Shown: piece by piece, positions 9,350-16,039 of the stretch
How positions within the stretch are numbered: position 1 is the stretch's first letter
Layout: each line of letters starts with the position of its first letter
Origin: Fibrobacteria bacterium
GTDB lineage: Bacteria; Fibrobacterota; Fibrobacteria; UBA11236
Reading direction: 5' to 3'
Assembly: GCA_041746255.1 (NCBI GenBank)
Contig: JBGTHM010000040.1
Coordinates: forward strand, 1 to 16,216
Length of the DNA stretch: 16,216 nt
Translations under genes and position numbers: made by a program
The notes under the pieces: model-generated
Database searches by the model: none
What the model saw: the letters and a program-made list of their open reading frames with translations, nothing else
What the model was told of the DNA's origin: nothing

Positions 9350-10678
9350 GTGCAAGCACTTCAAGGGTTCGCGAACGTATTCAAGATCAAGGATCTTCGA
9401 GATAAGATCCTGTTCACAATGGGTATTCTGGCCATCTATCGGCTGGGTGGTTTTATCCCGTTGCCCGGAATCAATCCGGATGCGATCGCGACTTTTTTCA
9501 GCGGGGGTGGAGACAACCTTTTCGGGCTCTACAATACTTTCGTCGGCGGCGCTCTTGAGCGCGCCTCGGTATTTTCGCTGGGAATCATGCCTTATATCAG
9601 CGCTTCCATTATCGTTCAATTGATGGGTACCGTTGTTCCGACTGTCGCCCAACTACAAAGATCGGGTCAGGAAGGTCGCGCCAAGCTGACCCAATGGACT
9701 CGCTATGGAACGCTGGGTATCGCGGCGGTGCAGGCCGTCGGTGTTTCAAATTGGCTATACAGTCAGACCACCAGCATTGGTCAATCCTTGGTCGTGGAAG
9801 GTATTGGGCGCTGGAGCTTCATGATGTTGGCCACGCTCACTTTGACTACCGGAACGGTTTTTATCATGTGGTTGGGCGAACAGATAACGGCAAGAGGAAT
9901 AGGAAACGGTATATCCCTCATTATTTTTATCGGCATTATAGCTACCATGCCGGCCGCCGTTATCAGTGAATGGGAACTCTTTATAAGCGGTGAGCGCAGT
10001 ATTCCCATGCTGGTCATCATATTAGCTGTGGTTGTCGCCATCGTCACTTTCATCGTCTTTATCGATCAAGGCCATCGACGCATCCCATTGCAAAGCCCGA
10101 GACGGGTGGTGGGACGCAAAGTCATGGGCGGTCAATCCAGCTTCCTTCCCTTCAAAGTGAACACCGCGGGTGTCATGCCCGTTATTTTCGCGTCGGCCAT
10201 TATGTTCGTACCGGCTCAATTGGCCTCTTTCTTTCCGAATTGGTCCATGGCTCAGGCCTTTGGGGCCTCATTTTTGCCGGGCCACTGGGTTTATTCCGTA
10301 GTTTTTACTGTTCTAATCGTTTTCTTTACTTATTTTTACACCGCGATTGTGTACAACCCTAAGGAAATTGCCGAAAACCTGAAAAAATCAGGCGGCTTCA
10401 TTCCAGGGGTCAGGCCCGGACGCCGCACTGCGGAATTCATTGACCAGATATTGACCCGTGTAACCTTACCGGGGGCGATTTTCCTCGCTTTTATCAGTGT
10501 AGGACCGCTTTATTTGAAGGATTGGTTGGGGATGTCGTTTTATATTGGAGGGACAAGCGTTCTGATTTCGGTCGGTGTCGCTTTGGAAACTTTAAGACAG
10601 TTGCAAACGCATTTACAAAACCAGCATTACGAAGGCTTTTTGCGCCGGGGTAAAATACGGGGCAAGAGGAGCTTTTAA
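9350..10678 (+). CDS. secY: Preprotein translocase subunit SecY, GTG start
   Basis: [81 protein letters not shown]. Confidence 0.99.
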   Translation: MQALQGFANVFKIKDLRDKILFTMGILAIYRLGGFIPLPGINPDAIATFFSGGGDNLFGLYNTFVGGALERASVFSLGIMPYISASIIVQLMGTVVPTVAQLQRSGQEGRAKLTQWTRYGTLGIAAVQAVGVSNWLYSQTTSIGQSLVVEGIGRWSFMMLATLTLTTGTVFIMWLGEQITARGIGNGISLIIFIGIIATMPAAVISEWELFISGERSIPMLVIILAVVVAIVTFIVFIDQGHRRIPLQSPRRVVGRKVMGGQSSFLPFKVNTAGVMPVIFASAIMFVPAQLASFFPNWSMAQAFGASFLPGHWVYSVVFTVLIVFFTYFYTAIVYNPKEIAENLKKSGGFIPGVRPGRRTAEFIDQILTRVTLPGAIFLAFISVGPLYLKDWLGMSFYIGGTSVLISVGVALETLRQLQTHLQNQHYEGFLRRGKIRGKRSF

Positions 10679-10899
10679 TGGCGAAACAAGAAGGCATCCA
10701 GGTTGATGGACGCGTTATCGAAGCCTTGCCTAACGCAATGTTCAAGGTAGAGCTCGATAATGGTCACGTCATCCTGGCCCATATCTCGGGAAAGATGCGA
10801 AAAAACTATATTCGCATTCTCCCCGACGACAGGGTATTGCTGGAGCTGTCGCCTTATGACTTGACGCGGGGACGCATTACTTACAGGCACAAGACCTGA
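10678..10899 (+). CDS. infA: Translation initiation factor IF-1
   Basis: [56 protein letters not shown] overlap with secY. Confidence 0.99.
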   Translation: MAKQEGIQVDGRVIEALPNAMFKVELDNGHVILAHISGKMRKNYIRILPDDRVLLELSPYDLTRGRITYRHKT

Positions 10900-10932
10900 T
10901 AGGGCTTTTTGAGTAGGAAATAGAGGAATCAC

Positions 10933-11049
10933 ATGAAAGTCAGGGCATCTGTTAAGAAACGTTGTGAAAACTGCAAAATCGTCAAACGCAACCGCGTGGT
11001 GCGGGTGATTTGTAAAAAGAATCCCCGTCACAGCCAGAGACAGGGTTAG
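10933..11049 (+). CDS. rpmJ: 50S ribosomal protein L36 (bL36), Zn-ribbon type
   Basis: Manual translation (too short for the ORF track): [45 protein letters not shown] upstream. Confidence 0.98.
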   Translation: MKVRASVKKRCENCKIVKRNRVVRVICKKNPRHSQRQG

Positions 11050-11058
11050 GAGAGTAAA

Positions 11059-11427
11059 GTGGCTCGTATATCAGGTGTAGATATTCCCAATAACAAGCGG
11101 GCCGAAATCGGTCTTACTTACATTTTCGGCATCGGACGAAAGTCGGCGCTGGACATCGTCAAAAAGATCGGGCTTCAGCCGGGCAAGAAAATCGGCGAGT
11201 TGACCGAAGAAGATATCGGGAAAATACGTCGAGTCATCGAAGGGGGTTATACCACCGAAGGTGATTTGCGCGCTCAAACCGGTATGAACATCAAGCGTCT
11301 GGTCGATATTGGAAGTTATCGCGGCACTAGGCACCGTAGGGGACTTCCCATGCGCGGCCAGCGTACCAAGACCAATGCCAGGACTCGGAAGGGACCGCGC
11401 AAAACCATCGCCGGCAAGAAGAAGTAG
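11059..11427 (+). CDS. rpsM: 30S ribosomal protein S13 (uS13), GTG start
   Basis: [58 protein letters not shown]. Confidence 0.99.
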   Translation: MARISGVDIPNNKRAEIGLTYIFGIGRKSALDIVKKIGLQPGKKIGELTEEDIGKIRRVIEGGYTTEGDLRAQTGMNIKRLVDIGSYRGTRHRRGLPMRGQRTKTNARTRKGPRKTIAGKKK

Positions 11428-11514
11428 TCGAACACTCTCATTGACCCCGACGTCGCGGGGGAATCTCTCCGGACTTCCGGAAAAAGATAAACAGGACTAG
11501 AATAGAGGATTTTA

Positions 11515-11967
11515 ATGGCCGAGATTAAAGAACCGGACACCAAGGCACCGGAAAAGCAGGCGGATGAGGGCGATTCCAAAGAAGAGTCGAAACTCAAAGT
11601 CAAAAAAGGAAAGAAGCGCGCGGACGTACAAGGAATCTGTACCATCAAGGCGACTTTCAACAATACCGTTGTGACTATTACGGATGTTCGCGGTAACGTA
11701 TTGACCTGGGGCACGCCCGGTAAGGCTGGCTTCAAGGGCTCACGTAAAAGTACTCCTTTCGCGGCCCAGGTGGCGGCTGAAGCGGCTGCATCCACGGCCA
11801 TGGAGCGGGGCATGCGGAAGCTCGACGTACGGGTAAAAGGCGCAGGGGCGGGACGTGAGTCGGCCATTCGTGCCTTGAAGGCAGCGGGAATGGACATACT
11901 TTCCATTAAAGATGTAACGGGCGTGCCGCATAATGGTTGTCGCCCCAAGAAGAAAAGAAGAGTTTAA
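11515..11967 (+). CDS. rpsK: 30S ribosomal protein S11 (uS11) with N-terminal extension
   Basis: [66 protein letters not shown] upstream of 11515. Confidence 0.98.
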   Translation: MAEIKEPDTKAPEKQADEGDSKEESKLKVKKGKKRADVQGICTIKATFNNTVVTITDVRGNVLTWGTPGKAGFKGSRKSTPFAAQVAAEAAASTAMERGMRKLDVRVKGAGAGRESAIRALKAAGMDILSIKDVTGVPHNGCRPKKKRRV

Positions 11968-12047
11968 CGACGGAAAAGGCGCCCGGAAAGGTTCCGGACC
12001 GTCGGCAAATTGAAATACAGGCAAACAAGCGATCGGAGTGTTGTGAT

Positions 12048-13022
12048 ATGAAGTGGAAAGCTCTCCATATGCCCCGGGGCATCGTCAAGGAAAAAGGCGA
12101 CTCCAAATACGGTAAATTCGTGATAGAGCCCTTCGAACGTGGTTGGGGGATATCCGTGGGTAATTCCCTGCGGAGAGTCCTGCTATCCAGTTTGCAAGGC
12201 GCAGCGGTGGTTTCCGTGCGCATTGAAGGCGCAAGCCATGAGTTTTCAGCCCTGGAAGGGGTGAAAGAAGACATTTCCGAAATTGTGCTCAACATTAAGC
12301 AATTGCGCGTTAAGCTGCTTTCCGACGAAGATGCGACTTTACGCCTGGACGTATCTGGCGAAGGCGAAGTTCGTGCAGAGCATATCGAAGCCAATCCGGA
12401 TGTGCAAATCCTCAATCCGGAGTTGCACATCGCTACGCTCGGGAAAACGGGAAGCCTCACCATGGAAATGCGTGTTTCCGACGGACGAGGCTATGTGATT
12501 TCGGACGAACTCAAGCGTGAAGAGGATCCCATCGGAGTCATTCCCATCGACGCCAACTTCAGCCCGGTTACCAAAGTGGCCTACGAAGTATCGGATACTC
12601 GCGTGGGTCAACGTACCGATTTTAATCGGCTTGAGATGGAAGTCTGGACCGACGGAAGCATTGACCCGGAAGACGCCTTGGCTTATTCTGCAAAATTGCT
12701 TGTCGATCACTTGGAAATGTTCATTAATTTCGAAGGTGATTTAGAAGCCGCCGAAGAAGTGGTTCGCGACGAAGAGAAGGATCGTATCCGTCAGTTGCTC
12801 AAAATGCGGGTGGACGAGCTGGAATTGTCGGTGCGGTCGAGTAACTGCCTCCGTTGCGCGAACATTCACACCATCTCCGACTTGGTCCGGAACCAGGAAT
12901 CGGAAATGTTGAAGTACAAGAACTTCGGCAGAAAATCCCTCATCGAATTGAACGAAGTGCTCAGCAACATGGGCCTGTCTTTTGGAATGGACGTCGATTA
13001 CTATTTGGGCGATGAAAAATAA
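12048..13022 (+). CDS. rpoA: DNA-directed RNA polymerase subunit alpha; start reassigned to ATG at 12048
   Basis: F.IEPFERGWG..VGNSLRRVLLSSL.G, HEFS..EGVKED, IDANFSPV.KV.Y.V, RVGQRTDF, WTDGSI.P, ELELSVRS.NCL, KNFGRKSL.E. GGAG SD lies upstream of MKWKALHMP; the ORF-track start at 11937 is inside rpsK. Confidence 0.98.
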   Translation: MKWKALHMPRGIVKEKGDSKYGKFVIEPFERGWGISVGNSLRRVLLSSLQGAAVVSVRIEGASHEFSALEGVKEDISEIVLNIKQLRVKLLSDEDATLRLDVSGEGEVRAEHIEANPDVQILNPELHIATLGKTGSLTMEMRVSDGRGYVISDELKREEDPIGVIPIDANFSPVTKVAYEVSDTRVGQRTDFNRLEMEVWTDGSIDPEDALAYSAKLLVDHLEMFINFEGDLEAAEEVVRDEEKDRIRQLLKMRVDELELSVRSSNCLRCANIHTISDLVRNQESEMLKYKNFGRKSLIELNEVLSNMGLSFGMDVDYYLGDEK

Positions 13023-13093
13023 TGGCCCTCTAGGGGCCGCCCGCTAAGCGGAACGGTCCCATTTTTTAAAGCGAAATTGCGTAAGGAAAAGTC

Positions 13094-13684
13094 ATGAGAC
13101 ATGGTGTCGTTGGAAATAGATTGAACCGGACCTCGTCCCACCGCAAGGCTATGCTTAAAAACCTGGCCACTTCGGTGTTGATTAAAGGCATGGAAGACGA
13201 GCAAATGGAGCGTCATGTGGTAACTACCGTTCCCAAAGCCAAAGCCGTCCGCGGTCTGGTGGAACGTTTGATTACCTATGCCAAAAAAGGCGACTTGTCG
13301 GCTCGTCGTCAAGCGGCTCGTTTCGTGCCCGATCCACAAGCCTTGCAGGCTTTGTTCGAGACCATCGGTCCTCGGTACCAAGCTCGCCAGGGCGGCTATA
13401 CTCGGGTGCTGAAACTCTCGCAAAACCGCCATGGTGATAATGCTGAAATGGCTATTATCAGCTTGGTAGAAGACGATATACTGCAGAAACCGAAGAAAAA
13501 ACCGGCCCGTAAAAAAGCCCAGCCCAGCAAAAAGGTGAATATCACCAAATCGGAAGGCGCCGAAACCGGCAGCGGTTCCAGTGCAACCGTGGCCGAGGAC
13601 GCCCAACCTGTAGAGAAGGCGTCCGAGATTGAGGCCTCTAAGGTGGACACCGAAAAAGGCGATGCGGGTGAGGTCGAAAAATAA
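13094..13684 (+). CDS. rplQ: 50S ribosomal protein L17 (bL17) with internal insertion and long C-terminal extension
   Basis: MRH....RLNRTSSHRKAML.NLA, TT.PKAK, E.LIT.AK, R.GGYTR.LK, R.GDNAEMA.I.LV; AAGGA SD. Confidence 0.98.
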   Translation: MRHGVVGNRLNRTSSHRKAMLKNLATSVLIKGMEDEQMERHVVTTVPKAKAVRGLVERLITYAKKGDLSARRQAARFVPDPQALQALFETIGPRYQARQGGYTRVLKLSQNRHGDNAEMAIISLVEDDILQKPKKKPARKKAQPSKKVNITKSEGAETGSGSSATVAEDAQPVEKASEIEASKVDTEKGDAGEVEK

Positions 13685-13694
13685 TCGACACCTG

Positions 13695-13733
13695 TATGCG
13701 CCATCATGCGCATAGTTCGATAGTCCCTATAAT
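13695..13733 (+). promoter_or_regulatory. Candidate uvrC promoter: perfect -10 TATAAT with an upstream palindrome
   Basis: TATAAT at 13728-13733; inverted repeat TATGCGC-CATCAT-GCGCATA at 13695-13714 covers the -35 position; no consensus TTGACA. Confidence 0.35.
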
Positions 13734-13758
13734 AGCCGGCCCCCAAGCCGGCTTTTTT
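13734..13758 (+). terminator. Rho-independent terminator of the ribosomal protein operon
   Basis: AGCCGGC-CCCCAA-GCCGGCT stem-loop followed by a T-run (13753-13758), about 50 nt after the rplQ stop. Confidence 0.85.
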
Positions 13759-13850
13759 CGTGTCAGTGCGACCACAACTGATTTTTTAGATTGTTTGAAG
13801 TGGATACCCGGAAATCAGAATACCGGGCTGCGAGTGCAAATCCATATTGA

Positions 13851-15701
13851 ATGACAATGGAAAACTCCTTGCAAGAAAAATTGGACGCCCTACCCGAAAG
13901 GCCCGGCGTCTACCTTTGGAAGAACAACAAAGGCGATTTCATTTATATCGGCAAAGCTGCAAACCTTCGCAATCGAGTGAGGGGCTATTTTTCCGCCCGC
14001 AGCCAAGACAATCATCTAGCGTCTCAAATCATGCGAACGGCCGCCGCAGACTTGGAGTGGATTGTCACTTCCAACGAAGTGGAAGCTTTGATACTCGAAG
14101 CCAATCTCGTCAACAAGCATGCTCCGCGATATAACATCCTCCTTAAAGACGACAAGCACTTTCCCTACATTCGCGTTTCGCTTTCGGAATCCTTTCCAAG
14201 GCTTGCGGTGACGCGCGAGACTCATAAAGGCAAAGACCTCTATTTCGGCCCCTATACCAACTCGCGAGCAATGCGAAAAACCATCCGTTACTTGGAGAAG
14301 GTTTTTCGGATTCGCGATTGCGAATTATCCTTACCGCTCAAGCAACCCATTCGTCCCTGCTTAAGTTATTTCCTCAAGCGTTGTGATGCGCCCTGCGCCA
14401 ACCTGGTGGAGCCCGAAGCATATAACAAGGGAGTCGAAGAAGCCATATTGCTTCTGAGGGGAAAACATAAGCAGCTACGGGACAACTTGCAAAATCGCAT
14501 GGAGGCGGAGGCTAAGGCAGAAAATTTTGAAGGGGCAGCGAAACTTCGAGACCAACTACTCGCCCTGGAAAGCGTGCAGGAGCGTCAAAGAGTGGATTTG
14601 GGAACCGAGGAGCAGCCCAAGGATCTTATTGCCGCGGCGCGAATTGGGCGGGTCGGATGCGTGGTCATTCTCGAAGTGCGAGACGGCTTGGTTTCCGGTC
14701 AAAAACAATTCGAGGTAAACAGCCCGCTGGAACAAAACGAATCGGAAATTATCACCGAGTTTATAAAAAATTATTACCTCACTCAAACCTTTGGGTCGAT
14801 ACCGAGGGAAATCCTGCTTTCTCATGCTCCCCTGCAAGAAGAAAATATGGAAGGGCTATTGCGGGAAATCCGGGGTGGAGCGGTTGATCTGGAGGTCCCC
14901 CAAAAAGGGGAGAAAAGAAAGCAAATCCATTTAGCGCTCGAAAATGCCAAACTTCAGGTATCCGAAATCGTTTTGCGCCGGGAAAAAAGGGATCGTCAAA
15001 ACCATATGGTAAATGCGCTGCGAGAGGATTTGCAATTGACGAAACCACCGGATAGGATCGAAGGTTTCGACATCTCCCATTTAGGAGGCACCGACACGGT
15101 GGCTTCGCAAGTCGTATTTATCAACGGTAAGCCCAGCAAAAAAGATTACCGTCGTTTCAACATCAAGACGGTGGCGGGTATTGACGATTTTGCCTCCATG
15201 CGGGAGGTGTTGGGCAGGCGACTGCGCCGAGCCAAGGAAGACGGCAAGTCGCCGGATTTGATTTTGATTGATGGTGGAAAAGGACAGTTGTCGGCTGCCT
15301 GCGAAGCCATGCGGAACCAGGGTTTGGAGCATATCCCCGTAATCGGATTGGCGAAACGCCTGGAGGAGGTGTTTATTCCAGGACAATCGGATCCACTGCT
15401 GATTCCGAAATCGTCCCCAAGCCTAAAGCTCTTGCAACAGGTACGCGATGAAGCCCACCGATTCGCGGTGACATTCCAGCGTTCCAAACGCGGACGCTAT
15501 TTGCGGGAGTCATGGTTGGATGCGATTCCAGGAGTGGGGATAAAAACCAGGGTGAAGCTATTGAAACACTTCAAAACCCCGTCCGCCATCTTAGAAGCCA
15601 CCAGGGAGGCATTGGAGGGGGTATTGGGCCCGGGATTGGCAAAAAAAATCGTGGCCTACCGGGAAAACCAAACAGAAACTCCGTTCGGTGAGCAAAAGTA
15701 G
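13851..15701 (+). CDS. uvrC: Excinuclease ABC subunit C (alternative start ATG at 13857)
   Basis: GIY-YIG domain (PGVYLWK...IYIGKAANLRNRV..YF, EALILE, PRYNI.LKDDK), Cys-rich segment (RDC...RPCL..FLKRCDAPC), UVR coil (FEGAAKLRD), RNase H-like domain (IEGFDISH, DDFASM, PDLILIDGGKGQL, GLAKR, RDEAHRFA) and HhH (LDAIPGVG). Confidence 0.98.
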   Translation: MTMENSLQEKLDALPERPGVYLWKNNKGDFIYIGKAANLRNRVRGYFSARSQDNHLASQIMRTAAADLEWIVTSNEVEALILEANLVNKHAPRYNILLKDDKHFPYIRVSLSESFPRLAVTRETHKGKDLYFGPYTNSRAMRKTIRYLEKVFRIRDCELSLPLKQPIRPCLSYFLKRCDAPCANLVEPEAYNKGVEEAILLLRGKHKQLRDNLQNRMEAEAKAENFEGAAKLRDQLLALESVQERQRVDLGTEEQPKDLIAAARIGRVGCVVILEVRDGLVSGQKQFEVNSPLEQNESEIITEFIKNYYLTQTFGSIPREILLSHAPLQEENMEGLLREIRGGAVDLEVPQKGEKRKQIHLALENAKLQVSEIVLRREKRDRQNHMVNALREDLQLTKPPDRIEGFDISHLGGTDTVASQVVFINGKPSKKDYRRFNIKTVAGIDDFASMREVLGRRLRRAKEDGKSPDLILIDGGKGQLSAACEAMRNQGLEHIPVIGLAKRLEEVFIPGQSDPLLIPKSSPSLKLLQQVRDEAHRFAVTFQRSKRGRYLRESWLDAIPGVGIKTRVKLLKHFKTPSAILEATREALEGVLGPGLAKKIVAYRENQTETPFGEQK

Positions 15702-15706
15702 GGGAT

Positions 15707-16039
15707 ATGGGATTTTTCATTCGGCTTGTTGTAACCGCCCTCAGTCTGGGGCTGGCCGCCAAGGTAATACCGGGGGTGCAAGTAAATGGGTGGGACAATC
15801 TCTTCTATACGGCCCTATTATTGGGAATTGTGAATGCCGTTTTAAGGCCCATACTGGTTATCCTGACCTTTCCTATAACCTTGGTTACGCTTGGTCTTTT
15901 CCTTTTGGTCATCAATGCGGCTATGTTGGGCCTAGTCGCCTGGCTACTACCGGGATTCGCAGTGGACGGGTTTTGGCCTGCTTTGGGAGCCTGGGCAATC
16001 GTCACTCTTGCGGGTTGGTCGGTTTCGCAAATACGCTGA
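15707..16039 (+). CDS. Phage holin family / YvlD-like 4-TM membrane protein
   Basis: 110 aa, hydrophobic, with the family motif LG.VNA..RPIL.ILTFP.T..TLGLF..VINA.ML, plus PGF.VDGFW.AL; starts 5 nt after the uvrC stop. Confidence 0.88.
   Translation: MGFFIRLVVTALSLGLAAKVIPGVQVNGWDNLFYTALLLGIVNAVLRPILVILTFPITLVTLGLFLLVINAAMLGLVAWLLPGFAVDGFWPALGAWAIVTLAGWSVSQIR

Noticed and set aside
10891..10910. Terminator-like AAGACCT-GAT-AGGGCTTTTT at the infA stop
   Set aside because: The stem is short, contains a mismatch and overlaps the coding end. It is too weak to call.
5687..12047. ORF-track N-terminal extensions of L24 (5687), L18 (7804) and RpoA (11937)
   Set aside because: These are longest-ORF artefacts. 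SD position and homology favour starts at 5708, 7834 and 12048.
13801..13844. CCCGG/CCGGG and TGGAT/ATCCA inverted repeats plus a lone GTGCA half-site just before uvrC
   Set aside because: The stems are short with large loops, and the partner half-site does not match any SOS-box consensus I know.
513..15798. Many long minus-strand ORFs (for example 3839-4699, 7233-7874, 11316-11948, 13001-13606)
   Set aside because: All lie antisense to highly conserved genes and show no recognisable motifs. They are the usual shadow ORFs produced by codon bias.
15707..16039. Prophage or lysis cassette suggested by the 'holin' family name
   Set aside because: There are no other phage genes, att sites or integrase, and the family is commonly chromosomal.
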